A DNA stretch of 64,000 nt from Phoronis australis (GCA_002633005.1 NMRA01000614.1:158089-222088), one strand, 5' to 3'; counted from the stretch's first letter, positions 1 to 12,837 are shown. Numbers and translations: made by a program. Notes: generated from the sequence alone by a model not told the origin.

Positions 1-952
1 AAGGAAATTTCTGAAAAGAACTGACACTTCATTTATCATTGGTTAGTCCAGGCTCTGCAATTTGGCAGACTTCTTCCAAACCCTGAAACCTTGTGACTTC
101 TTGAACTGTGTGTACAAGTAAATCGTAATCAGGAAAAGAAACAATTTGTAAATAAAATGAGGCTTTAGAGAAAACACTACAACTGAGACACTGGAAAACA
201 AGGGTGAATATATAGGAAACCATAGTAATTCCAAATATTACGCAATATTGTTTGATAGTGAAATGACTAAATAATAAAAACTGTGCCTTGTTTTATTAGG
301 GTAACGATGACATATTGCCATACTCATTTACATAAAAATAGTCTCGCAAAACGAGACTTTCGCGAGATTGTAATGGTAACTGGTTTTCGGTTGGTTTCCG
401 GCACACCGGAAGCTCGGGGTTGTTTGTAAACTAGTACTTCATTTGCATATTCACAATTTAGTGAGACGAAGCATCTTTAACTGTGATCCAAACCAAAGGT
501 TGGTTTCTCTGACTGGTCGCAGATTTGTAGTCGCGTTTACTGATAAGTGACGTTTTATTAACCAAGTTATTTTTGAAGGAAAGTTGGAAAAGCGGTAAGT
601 TTAATTCACGATGATAAGATATAGTGCATCTGTCAAGGATAAAATGCAAGGAGTCGAGTGCAGATCACATTAGTTTGGAAATTGTAACCACTGTGGTAAA
701 TAAACATGACTCGGCTTTCTATGCTTGTGCCTCGCCATCATCTTCACCTTTGAAAATATTGCCAAAAGGTTTACATTGGCGGATCTAGGATAACACGAGG
801 GGGCAATCACGATATCCAAACGACTGACGTTCGTAAATAGCCCTAAAACAATCTGCCATCGTTTCCTTTAATTGTTATTCGTGATTATTTGTTTTGGATC
901 ATGCCGGTCCAACATCCATCCCCGGCCACTTACGGCTATGATTCTGTTTTAG

Positions 953-1060
953 GCCAAAAACAAAATCGTCATGCTGAGAGTTCTTCGGGATTTGAGCAAC
1001 AAAACCCCCAAAGGCACGGATGAGACTAATCAACGCAACTCCAGGCCGAGCCAGGATATG
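953..1060 (+). CDS. Candidate upstream exon of the Erg-like channel (AKNKIVMLRVLRDLSNKTPKGTDETNQRNSRPSQDM)
   Basis: ttctgttttAG acceptor, 108-nt open phase 0-0 segment, ATG|GTgcgt donor; phase-compatible with exon 4327; no recognisable motif. Confidence 0.4.
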
Positions 1061-1509
1061 GTGCGTATGTTTAACATTGTACATCGATCATTCTTGACAC
1101 TTTTCGTAACATCTTTCATGTATGGTATAGGCTAGACAATTTCCTCCTAGGCGGAGCGCGTGATCCCTTCCCATTAACAGTCCCCTTCCATCATAAACTC
1201 AATTCTTGTCTCACGAGTTGTTTTTCGTTTCTTGTGCACCGCAGTTCCATAGTGATCCATAGATCACAGTTGCTGTTCTCATGTACCGATAGAGATCGTC
1301 ATCAAAGTATTCTCATCTTCTGTCAGGGAGTGAAGGGAAGTGATGTTAATGAGAATGTATGAAAACAATTCATGCGAGAGCGACTCTTGACGAAATTGAA
1401 TGCGACCGTCACAGCTCCATTTAGACTAATTTCAACTGATAGGCATCGAATTATTGACGTGACGTGTTGTACTGTGGCGGAACACCAAAGCCAAAAACAA
1501 AAGCAACTA

Positions 1510-1975
1510 AAAACCAGAATTTATCACACCAGAACGTATAATATATTACGTCAGGACCAAAATTTAGCTCGTCAGGACCGAAAATTAAACAGTACGACAG
1601 GACCTAAAATTCATCACGTCAGGACAATATGTTCGTGTCAGATCACTATAGTGACGTCTAACGTATTAATAAGTGTACATTGGCTTCTGTTTTAAAGTGT
1701 GGAGGCATCAGAAATTCAACCTCGTTGTCGTCGGTGAGACATTGTTGAACGCTTAGCCCTTGTGTACCAAGAACCGACGTCATCACTTTGAGGGTTTGCA
1801 TTCTTGTGGATGGTCATGTGGTGTGACAAAACATTTTCGGGCGTGATAAATTTTCAATCCTGACGTGTTAAATTTTCGGCGGTCCTGGCGTGTTCAATTT
1901 TGGTCCTGGCGTGTTAAATTTTGGTCCCAGACGAGATAAATTATAGGTCCTGACGTGATAAATTATAGGTCTTGA
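1510..1975. mobile_element. Foldback/MITE-like element with inverted arrays of ~22-bp subterminal repeats
   Basis: Repeated acgtcaggacc-aaaattt units (1545-1627) mirrored by aaattt-ggtcctgacgtg units (1845-1975). Confidence 0.65.
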
Positions 1976-3048
1976 GTTTTGTTGGTCTTCCACGGTGAAA
2001 ATAACGTTTTGGTCTGTTTTTAAATCTTGCATAAAAAATTTGTGTCATAGAATTTTCCGCTTTGGCTTTCCATGTTGTTCATGCGTGTAAATTCAATGTC
2101 AATTGGACATGAAATACTGTCCAAGAGGACTGTAGCAAGCTTTAAATATTTGGAAGTGTCGGACGGCAAATGAATGGAAAATGAAAAAGGCGACTGCGAC
2201 GACGGTGAGGCTTCTTCCAACTTCAAAGTTTCACGAGACCTGGAAACTGTTCACGTCAGAGCCTATCCGCACTTTTCTTGCATTAAAACGGATAACTGAT
2301 AGTCTGTAATGAGATCTCCTTGCAGTACCTCAGGGAGGACGGTTGACTAGCTTGCAGTGTATTTCAAAATGTAACACGTCCTACTTATTGTAAACGTAGC
2401 GCTTGTTTAAAAGCGAAATCATGTTTTACTAAACCTGCCTGAACTGGCATCCGTACTTGTAAGCCTGACAATAGTCGCGTTCCTTTACAGGGCGTAATCG
2501 CTAGAGACTCTGGGTTATCCTTTTTATGCGGAGGATAATACGAAGATTCTGACGTAAACACAGCAAACTTCGCGGCATTTTTACAGTAGCGGGGCGAACG
2601 CCTCATCACATATCTAGGCTTAGCCACTAAGATATCTGTTTACGTCAGAGCCTATATCGCGCGTTTTCTCAGCATCAAAGAAGATAGCTGGAAGTCTGTA
2701 CTACATAAAAAGTATACCTTACCCGAATTTTTACTGTTATTGGATATGTCGATTTAGCACTTGATATGTAGACTATTGCCAATCTTCAAAATCTGATTCA
2801 CTTTCGTCAATTCCTTTCAAAATCTTATCAATCTGAAAATGTGATTAACGCTTTTGGCGAGTTGATAGGCGACACTGGGGAAAGGCCATGCGTCTCCATT
2901 TTATGACACAGTAAGAACAGAGTTATAGTCGAAAAATGCTTTCGTCTTTCCAGTGACGTGCAAGTTGTTATACCACAATATTAGCCTCGAATGGTACATA
3001 CAACCGTGTAATAACCCATTTAGTTATCTCAGTAGTGAGATAATATTT

Positions 3049-3127
3049 GGCGGGAAACCGAGGCAGGTTTCGAACCCGGCCTCAAGAGTTGCGAGTCGCC
3101 GAATTTAGCACTACACCACTCAGCGGC
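3049..3127 (-). mobile_element. tRNA-derived SINE-like head (or tRNA pseudogene)
   Basis: Minus strand: A-box TGGTGTAGTGCTAA, B-box GGTTCGAAACC with T-stem; anticodon stem poorly paired. Confidence 0.55.
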
Positions 3128-3700
3128 TGACGTCTTCGAACGTGAAAATAGAATACTTAAATGTGCACGCGCAACAATCACATGTTCAGCAAAGGGCATT
3201 GTACCGACATTTATACGCTATGAAAAATAAGACGCATAATTTCCATAAAAACATTTTTTTTAATTCAGTGAAATTTTTCTTTCGTGTTCTCTCACTTGTA
3301 AATCACCGATCTCCAATTTGAATGAGGGTATCTTGTCGTCGGGATCTTTTGACTTGAGCATTATACTCAGTTACTTGTGGTAACCTACTTTAGCAGACGG
3401 TATTTTCCCGGTCGAAGCTTAGCGTGATAAAATGTGTAGTAAGCAAGCTATAATAGTTTCTAAACCTTAATTTATAGATTCATTTTATTTCTGTTTTGTT
3501 TAAATTTTAATTGGTTCTTAGTAAAAGCATTATTTGACAAAAATAGCTCGGTTTTTCTTAAAAGGTCACGACCTCCGACCCCTGGCCTCTGACATAGAAA
3601 GTAGTTACAAAGCCGAGGCGAGTCGAGAAAAGTAGATCGATTCATTACAATGTTTCTAGTTCAGTATGTGCTATAAATAGATTATTACATGTTCTCAGTT

Positions 3701-3817
3701 GTTATCCCCCTTATCTAAAGCCCTCGTGGGTTTTGTAGAATTATCACCCTCTGGGTTAACGCCCCTCGGGCGATAGTTCTCCAAAATCCACTCGGGCTCT
3801 AGATAACGGGGGATAAC
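3701..3817. mobile_element. Palindromic mini-MITE
   Basis: gttatcccccttatctaaagccc... and ...gggctctagataacgggggataac form ~55-bp arms. Confidence 0.75.
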
Positions 3818-4326
3818 GACCTCGCCGTGTAATAATCTATATTTATACAATAGTAGGTGTCGGAAGTAGTTTTGGGTAAAATCATCAAAACATTGTTGAG
3901 TTTAGTTTGTTTTAAGTTATGGTCTAGGCAAAACAAATTGAGCGCCCTTTCGGTTTTAGCAAGTGCAATCCAGTTCGTTTCAAAGGAGCTTTGGCACACA
4001 ATTCAATTGTGTGTGTAAAATGTCAGTCCACTAGCAGTCTTCATTACCTATGAGTATGGATACTTTTAGGAGCGCGCCTCGCGTCATAAGCGAAAAATCG
4101 ACGTACTGCGATTGCTTAGCTTGGACCAACCGTCTCATTAATATTGAAAGTGAAAATGGACAAAAAACTGACATTGACCATAGGACCTCCAACTTGGCTC
4201 ATACAGTTGAGGCCATGGGTCACTTCAACCATACCCGTGTTTTTCTAAAATGATCCGTATGAGTGTAAATTTTAGGTAGAAAAAAGTAATCGAAACATTT
4301 ATAATACCGCATTTTGCTTATTCTAG

Positions 4327-4803
4327 TCCATCCAAAGTGAGCCTAAAGACGACGAGGCAAGCGTGGAAGGAACCGTGGAGCCGGATATACGCCCACAAAG
4401 ACAAGTGCCCAAGTTCATCATACTCCATTATTCGCCGTTTAAGGCTGTTTGGGACTGGATTATTTTGCTCCTCGTTCTCTACACCGCTGTTTTCACCCCA
4501 TACATGGCGGCATTTTTACTAAACGAAGACGAAACACGGATGAAATTGAACATGGACGCCGCAACGAGGCTAAGAAATTCCGAGTCTGTGAAAGCCGACC
4601 CACTCGTTCTGGTTGACCTGGTGGTTGACGTGATGTTCATCGTGGATATCTTGATAAATTTTCGAACTACTTATGTTAAAGACGGAGAAGTCATCACAGA
4701 TCCTTTAATGATAGCTAAAAATTATCTAAAAGGCTGGTTCCTTATCGATACCTTGGCGGCTGTGCCGTTTGACTTACTATTGTTCGGATCTGGGACAAGT
4801 GAC
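4327..4803 (+). CDS. KCNH2: Erg-subfamily (KCNH2/6/7-like) K+ channel, exon encoding S1-S3
   Basis: [26 protein letters not shown] and [11 protein letters not shown] match hERG; ctAG acceptor, GAC|GTaagt donor. Confidence 0.95.
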
Positions 4804-5279
4804 GTAAGTAAAGTTAGCGTACTATTAACATTAATTTTGACCTATCGCAAGCTCCTCCCCTTGCGTAATGTCGTCTAACAAACAATAAGTTTTACCCGGC
4901 AACGTGTTGTTTGTCGGGTAAAAAAGCGGCTTAGAAACGAAGGTGAGTCAATAATGCTGCGTTCTAAATGGTCAGTTAAGCCGTCACTCAAAATCCTGGC
5001 GATAGGTCTAACGACTCCTTTGTTCTGAGAATGTGGTTCATAATGTGTTTCTTGCTATTACTCGTGACAGTTTAGAACACCATTGACTTCCTGATCATAT
5101 TCATCACAAACTTGTGTTGCTAACGAAAGTCGAAAGTGCGCCTACACGTTGCTGTACAGTCATGTTCGTTTATACAGTCGTGCCCACATCTTCTGGGTAC
5201 TAATATGTTGACATTCGATAATATTTAGTTTTTTTCTTAATTAGTATAACCGTTCTATTTCAACTCCTTTGTTCTATAG

Positions 5280-5679
5280 ACCATGACCATAACTGGCTCA
5301 ATGAAGACAGCACGTCTCCTGCGATTACTCCGAGTCGCACGTCGCATGAATCAATATTCCCAGTACGGATCGGCGGTGCTCATCCTGATGATGGTTATAT
5401 TCGCTCTCATAGCTCACTGGCTTGCCTGTGTATTTTACGCCATAGCCTATGTTGAGAGGCCCCATTTGGAGTTTCCGATTTCTTGGCTGGATTCCTTGGC
5501 GGCAAAAATGGAAATGCCGTACATAGTCAATGACACGACAAGCGGTCCAGACATTCGCTCGAAGTACGTGACGGCAATGTATTTCACGTTGACCACTTTG
5601 ACGAGTATAGGGTTTGGAAATGTAGCACCAAACACCAACGCTGAGAAGATCTTCTCCATCATTGCCATGATGATTGGAT
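5280..5679 (+). CDS. KCNH2: Erg-like channel exon: S4, S5, pore helix, GFG filter, start of S6
   Basis: [14 protein letters not shown] voltage sensor; [21 protein letters not shown] pore; AG/GT flanks, ends phase 1. Confidence 0.96.
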
Positions 5680-6505
5680 GTAAGTGTTTTACAATCCCAC
5701 GTCAGTCACATTTTCATATAAAGTTTAATAGTGGACGAAACTCTCCTGCAAGCAACATTACGACGTCTATCAAATTACTCATCCAGCTGTATGAAAACAA
5801 ACCTTGTGAATGCAAAGAATTTTTCCTGGTGCAAAGGTATGGCCATTTGCAATAAAATCGTTGCCTTTGACAAATTTAAAGCAAATCAGTAACCAGTATT
5901 GTTTCACGGGAAATACCAAAGCCCTCGATCACCACGAGCACATATCCTCTCCTGCGTCACGGGGATAGAACACAAGTGAAGTCCTAACCATCATTTTAAC
6001 TGAAATAGTAATAAATAAAAAACAAGCATGGCAGATCGTGATACATAATCAGCCATCAGTTAGAAATCGCCTTTGATCGATCACAAAAAATGGCTCACTA
6101 TACTGTCATTCGCCATCGAGAATTCGCCCTTAGGAGGTAAAAACCCTCCCTCCCCCTCCCCTGGTCATCACCCCCTAATTCTGGCTCGCCACAAATTCCA
6201 TGGTTTGCAACACTCAGTTCTAGAGATGGTGATAGAGGTACGAGTCTTCCGGTTTCCCGCTTCCAGCCGAGCCGAACTCGTCACCTTCCTTCCTAACTCA
6301 ACACTCACTAATCACTGTCTTCCTGGCCACAATCGTCCGCCATCGGCCATCACCAAAGACTACAAGGCCTTCTTTACCCATGGCCCACCTTTATCATTCG
6401 TCACCACCAATCGCTCATCACCTGCAGTTTGAACTGTATCCTAGCTTGAGAATAATGCCGATCTATCTTCACAGCACATTTCGTCGCCGCTAGGCTGGCA
6501 ACCAT

Positions 6506-7016
6506 TTAAAAGGATGCTAAATCCCGTTTTGCTGATTTCAATCAATTCTTGTTTTGCCATCTGCAATGCATGGCCGACGCATCATAGGGGGCTGGGGGGC
6601 TATATCCCCCCCCCAGTTTTTTTAGTGCTATGCCGCACACGGTCTATAGGAGGTGAACCACGGGGGGGGGGCTGAGGGGGCTTAGCCCCCCACTTTCTTC
6701 AGTGATGCGCCGCCCATGCAATGGCGCCATTGGTGTCCCACTTCAAAAATAAAAGCAGGAGTTAACTAAAAACTCATACTCTCTGTGCCACAGATTGGAT
6801 ATTATGGTTCTTGGTCGGCGGTCGTTCCCTCACATTTGTTAGGTAACTCGCCCAAAAATGTAAGTCATGCTTGCCTGTTTAGCAGAGTTTTCAAATTTTG
6901 ATCCAAACTGTTGAGGGTTGTCGAATTCAGAGCATTATTTTGTTTCAGAGAACCTGGGTGGGAAGGTCGTTTTAAATATCTGTTCATTGGCTTAAACCGG
7001 GTTTGGTATCCTTAAA
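6506..7016 (-). mobile_element. TTAA-flanked MITE (Kolobok-like), reverse copy with nested mini-MITE
   Basis: ttaaaaggatgctaaatc...tttggtatccttaa; internal similarity to copies at 7490, 11854, 60754. Confidence 0.7.
6569..6718. mobile_element. GC-rich CATGG...CCATG mini-MITE with 5-bp TSD CAATG
   Basis: TIRs catggccgacgca / tgcgccgcccatg; CAATG at 6564 and 6719. Confidence 0.75.
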
Positions 7017-7489
7017 GCATGTACGTTGTACTGACGCCCTTGTAGACCTTGCTGCCAGAGAAATACGTAAGAAGCGTCGAATGTCGCAACACATTGCAAA
7101 CGCGTGTTTTCCTTGGTGTTCGTATCCATTAAATTTCAAGTTATGGCTATCTGAAATCTCCTTAAAGAGGCCATAAACCCGCGCAGTTTGTCAAAACGAA
7201 CTTTTAAATAAAGTCAATCGGCCTGGCGTAATACGATAAGAAATGATTTCTTGGTATACGAACAACCGACAGGTTGTCGTAGTTTCAGGCCAGACCCACT
7301 AAGTTGCTTCGGTTGTAACGGCGGGTTAATTTCAGTCGCCAAGGCAGTGCGGCTCTTGGAAGCAATTCCAGGCATTCATCTTAACCAATTTCAATTTAAG
7401 CAAAGAATGAGAACACAACGGAGTTGCCTTGAGAGGCAAATACGGCTGTATAAAAGATATTTTTAACATCTGAACATGGGTATAGCGAC

Positions 7490-7834
7490 TTTAAAAAGAT
7501 ACCGAAGCCGGTTTTCGCCTATCAACAGATTTTTAAAAACGACTTTCCCATTCCGAAACAAAATAATTCTCTGTAACTCAAAAGTTTAAAGTAAAATTTT
7601 GAAACTGCAAGTATACTAAACAGGCAAACGTGACCTACACTTAAGGCGAGTTACACGATATCTGTTGGGAAAGACCATCCACTAAAAGCATAATAATAAT
7701 ACAAGCCATAATGTATCGCACAGAGAGTATGCGAATCTTGCTTTTGTAACTTATTTGAGACCCAATGATGCATTAGAAGGGAACAGGACGAGAGTTCAGA
7801 GTGATCGCCAAAACAGGGTTTAGCATCCTTTTAA
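7490..7834 (+). mobile_element. TTAA-flanked MITE (Kolobok-like)
   Basis: ttaaaaagataccgaagccggtttt...aaaacagggtttagcatccttttaa; shared internal blocks with other copies. Confidence 0.75.
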
Positions 7835-9318
7835 ATATGCAATAGCAGTGTTTCGTAAACATTTAAAATATCGGATTTGATATACATCTTGATATTCCAA
7901 TTACAATTTCGTGTGGAAATTGGCGCTTGTTTAGGCTTGTTCACAACTATTAGCGAAAGTTATCCCCAACGGCAATGATCAAAGTCTTTGCTAAGACAGT
8001 AATTAGACTAACTCTTTGTTAATAAAGGAGGTAACCTTCTTAAAAAGGTCAAACCATCAACATCTGGCAAGCATCAACTATTTAAAAGCCACTCATTGTA
8101 AAAGCTGTAACTGGGTTGACTACGGTCCAACAAAATTGTACTAATTGCTGGATAGCGCTCGTTATGCCGTCGCGCACGAGCAACGTTGCATTAATTACAT
8201 AGGATGGGCTCGAAACTGATTTTATAAGGGTCAGTCATGGGTGATCCTTAAAAATGTAAAAAAAACTCTCAACGGCGTGCTTGAAAGTGTTTATTTTGAT
8301 TTATTGCATTCACATCTCACTGTAGGTTATAAGCAGACTGGTGATGTTTGCGTTTTTGCGGTTTACACCCCAGCGAACATTAATTAGGTGGTAAATTAAG
8401 GTTCCGGTAAAACTGACACTAATTGAGGATAAATCTGCAAAAATGCTTCTCATGATTCAATCGTCATAAAAAGAGCATAAAATTCTCTGCCAAGGGATAA
8501 TTGTTTTAAATGATACTTTCATTGTGTACCAAAAGTACATTATAAAGGAAAGGACATATATACTGTAATATATATATAAATATTTCAACTTATATGTCAA
8601 GTTTGCAAAAGTTTTAATAAAGAGCGTTTTCGAAAAACAATTTCAAAAATGAAAGTGTTTTACATGGTAGGGTCCGGGTCTTTGCAAGACGGTGCACAAA
8701 GTGGATTGCAGTACCTTTGCTCGTTAACTGGTGCGTGTATGCACACCTCAAGAAGCCCCCATGTCTTAAAGAGGATTTCCTTCAACACCAGGCCGAGGCA
8801 TAAACTTATGATGAAATAGGTTGAGCTACAACAAACTGGGTTTTCGAACTTTCACTTGCAACGATAGCAATTGGTTTCTACCGTCAAAAAGAATCGAGAT
8901 TTCACCGGTGATTGATATGACGCAGCGTTATTTCAATAAGATGCGTGGTCTTTCCCTGCGCACGCTCCGTAGGCGTGATAATCTCGCGAAAACGCAAAAT
9001 CACGCAACTGAGACCATGCGAAATATCGCCATGTATTACAAGCGAAGCACGCGATCACATTAGCTTCCTTCGTGAGATCGGTGCATCTACGTCACTCAGA
9101 CCCTGCCTAAATACATGACTCATGACACTCTTTTGTACTTGTCTTTGCCTTGAATGTGGACGGAAGCTGTTTTCTGTGACGGTATTATTGAAGTTTTGAA
9201 ACGTGTTTTATGAGATTGAGTAACTCATTTTATGATTTTTATAATTTGTTTCTAAGGCAGTGAGTCAGGAGTGAGTAAGTGCCATAAGTAAAAGAAACGT
9301 ATGATTACCATTTCGCAT

Positions 9319-9477
9319 CAGGGGCGGATCCAGAGGATTTTCAGTTAGGGGGGCCAGGGCTTAGTATTAGCCAGGATTTTGCCCGTCAGACATTCGCACC
9401 CCCGAACAGCCAAATGGAATCTGGGAGAATTTTAGGCTGAATATGGTCCCCTTGGCCCCCCTCTAAATCCGCCACTG
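9319..9477. mobile_element. CAG(G/T)GGCGGAT MITE with 5-bp TSD CGCAT
   Basis: caggggcggatcc / aaatccgccactg; CGCAT on both flanks; internal match to the 43037 copy. Confidence 0.8.
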
Positions 9478-9543
9478 CGCATGGCCTCAATTTATCATCT
9501 GTTCTAACAAGATACCAAAAACGTGTCGACTTCCTTGTTCCAG

Positions 9544-9743
9544 CCCTCATGAGTGCTGTGGTATTTGGTAACGTATCGTCAATCATGTTACGAGTGTACC
9601 AAGGCACGGAGGAGTTTCATGAGAGGTCCGAGAGCATTAAAGAGTTCATTCTGTTCCACTCCATACCGAAGACGCTGGCCGATAGGTTGCAGGATTCCTT
9701 TCAACATTCGTGGTCTTACACGAATGGAATCGACATGAACCAG
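9544..9743 (+). CDS. KCNH2: Erg-like channel exon: S6 end and C-linker
   Basis: SLMSAVVFGNVSSIMLRVY...WSYTNGIDMNQ; phase 1 to 0, cAG/GT sites. Confidence 0.95.
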
Positions 9744-10279
9744 GTCTGTGCAGACTGTGTTTTAACAAGAGTAAAGAAAACGAGATGTTTTGCTCGTTTA
9801 TTAAGTATACTTCGTTATCAAATTATCTGTCAATGACGAACTATAAGCAACCTCTTCGTTCTTGAGACCATTTTAAAAGTTTAGCATTCGTGTGACATAT
9901 TTTATAAAGCGGTTCACCGTTTGGTCTGACACAATACAATTATAACCTGAGGGATCCAGTTCGGGGCAATATTTATGGATCTGACCTGTGATGCACCCCA
10001 TAGTGGCAACAAAAGTCTCTAAACAGACGACCTCATCAGAGTTCTGTGGAACAGCGATATCATTTACCTACTGCCACCAACGATACTGTTGTTTTGGTTG
10101 ATTGAAGTATCAGTGGTTGTAATAGCAATTCGTTCGTGATCGTTGCAATAGAGCTGTGTTTTTTTTTTCGTTTATCAGTGTGATAGCATCGCTCCCAACA
10201 ATTAAAAATGCCCCATAGACACTATCACTTTACTTTTCTGGCGTCCTTCGCTTAAACGTCAGAACTCTTTTCATTTCAG

Positions 10280-10379
10280 GTTCTTAAAAGTTTTCCAGAT
10301 TGTTTACAAGCTGACATTTGTCTGCATTTGAATCGCAACTTACTAAGTAACTCGGTGGCATTTAGAGGTGCAAGTCCAG
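10280..10379 (+). CDS. KCNH2: Erg-like channel exon: C-linker to CNBHD (absent from ORF track)
   Basis: [34 protein letters not shown]; tttcAG acceptor, G|GTacgt donor. Confidence 0.95.
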
Positions 10380-11644
10380 GTACGTAGTATGGAGACAGGG
10401 TTGAACAGCGGAGACACGCTTTCACAAGGATATTGAACGTTTATTGAATTTAACCTAAATGATTCACTTAATGGAAATACCACTGGAACTCTAATGCATT
10501 TTTGTTCAAGAGTATTATTAAGTCAGACACTCAAGGGTAAATTATTCTCGGTTCGTTGAAGAAATCTATTCAGTTACCCGGGCACATACAGAGTGCAGTG
10601 TAATTTCTGCTGCTGACATCGAGGTGACCAATTTGCCTTTTCACTGACAAATCTATAGGTGCCACAGTGTAGTCCATTCTGGCCCAGCATGCTCAAATTA
10701 TTAAAAGTGCAGTGAACCCCATGCATGCTGTCAAAACAACTTTAAATGAAGACCACTTACCCTTGCAAAATCGATCTCATCTCGTTAGAAATGACTTATA
10801 GGCTTGGATGGAACTACAGATTATAGACAACAGATTTGCAACTCCGACATTTCCTTTTATACTATCCTAGAGAGAGGCGCTACTTTCCAAAATTACCAAT
10901 TTCAGTTTCTGGTTAGTGTATTGTGACGGGAAATTCTTTCATTTGTTTTACTGTCCACTAAAACGAAAAAAAAATAATTTCGGCACTGAATAATAGAACT
11001 GTTGTTATTGTGAGGCTGTCGACCTTGATTAGCAGACGACTTACTTGCCGGAAGTAAAACTTGCTAATTTTGCCAGGTGTCGCTAGTGAATAATGACGTC
11101 ACGGCTTTTGCGTAAGATCACAGATTTCGCCCGTATGCACCAGCACAGTGGTAGAGATGATCCCTTCCGCCTTCAGTTGCCCCTGTTTCGCGTTCATATA
11201 TAATTGACACGGAACAAGATGTTCGAGCGCAAATTGCCCCACCTCACAAACGGGTGGCAAAAGTTGTCACCGCGGTGTCAAGTGTCAGTCCCGTTTACGC
11301 ACTGGAACATCTCGTTCCGTGTCGGCTGACCTGTGTCAACTTTTCACGGTAGTGTAAACGGCACTACAGTGTGTGATGGAACTGACAACTGATTCAAACC
11401 AGGCTCAATGTTGGTTAGTCACGGCGGGTTGAGTACGGTCTCAAACAATTAACAACTACCAGGTATTACAAAACTTAGAAATCAGTCCTCGAATGCGTAA
11501 GGGGTTAACTGAGGCCAGCTGAGTTTCGTGGTGGCAAGAGGTCTCGGTCACAAATTAGTTTCCGTTTGGCGGAAGGTGGGTTCATAATAGCTTTAATCAC
11601 CATTTTGTTTAAAGTGGTTATATCACGTGAAAGTGGTGACTAAA

Positions 11645-11804
11645 CTCGGGCGGCGTAGTACTGAAATAAGTGGGGGTTATAACCCCCACCCCAGCCCGAC
11701 CCCTATGGTGCGCGCCGACCATGCCCATCATGGGTGGCCCAACGTACACTGAAATAAGAGGGGGATATAGCCCCCCGCTATCCCCCTGTGGTGCGCCGCC
11801 CATG
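11645..11804. mobile_element. Two adjacent CATGG-family mini-MITE copies
   Basis: Two units of ctgaaataag-G-run-tata-C-run...tggtgcgccg(c/a)ccatg. Confidence 0.65.
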
Positions 11805-11853
11805 CTAAACTATTTTTATCAACGAGGAACCCGATGTCTTCCGGTGTTTTCAG

Positions 11854-12224
11854 TTAAAAGGATACCTAGTCCGGTTTTGGCCTATTAACAGATTCCAAAA
11901 TCAACTTCCCCATCCAGTTTTCTGAAACAAAATAATGCTCTGTAACCCTCGACAAACTTCAGAAGTTTGGAGACAATGATTTTGAAAACTCCTTTCAAAG
12001 TCGGCTAAATGGGCAAGCGTGACCTATGCTTTTAGCGAATTGCACGGCAACTGTGGGAAAAGATCACCCATTAAGGACCATAATGTCCAATCTGTCACAT
12101 AGGAAGTTTGAGTTCTTAGTTGATTCCTACCTTCAACTTGGAGGATTGGCGCCAATGATGCATTAGTAGGTGACAGAACGAGAATTGGTGGAAATCATGA
12201 AAACAGGGTTTAGTATTCTTTTTA
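11854..12224 (+). mobile_element. TTAA-flanked MITE (Kolobok-like)
   Basis: ttaaaaggatacctagtccggttttgg...aaaacagggtttagtattctttttaa. Confidence 0.75.
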
Positions 12225-12837
12225 AGTAGAACCAGCGACATAACTTAAAATTATTTAAATGCTTATGAGGAAATTAGGAATACGGATCAGTTTCGATCAC
12301 TGAACAGTTTCACATTTTTGGGTAGAATGCAACTTTTAAATCAAATTTATTATGTACTTGAATCGTGTTCAAGAGAACCACTGCTTTGCCCCGCCTGCTT
12401 CCCAGCTACTGAATAGAGACCAAAAGTGTGACGTCACCTCACTTGGACTGTCTCGGATATTCCGCCATCATGGTCCTAACCCTTACCACTTATTTACAGG
12501 AAGTTACATATGGTCAAAATTGTAATTGCAAAATCGCTTATTAAATTGTTTTAAAAATATATGGTAAATATGCTAATCTATCTGGTCCATAGAAGCTACG
12601 GAACGAGATTCAGAGTAAAAAGTTGCCTTTGTTGAATTTTGCCGCTTTAAACAAAATGTTAGTGCAAGTGAATAGGCCATCATTCTATCGCTCGTCTCCA
12701 ATTTGAAGCAGTTGGTAAGGGTGTGACGAAATCATTTTCCATCCCTATTTTGAGAGTTATTGTTCACTGACTAACCGTTTGAAGACTCATTCTAATTGCC
12801 ACACATTTTCGCTGAACTCTTTATCCGAATAGCGCTA

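Noticed and set aside
3049-3127. Functional tRNA gene
   Set aside because: Anticodon and D stems pair poorly; better explained as a SINE head or pseudogene
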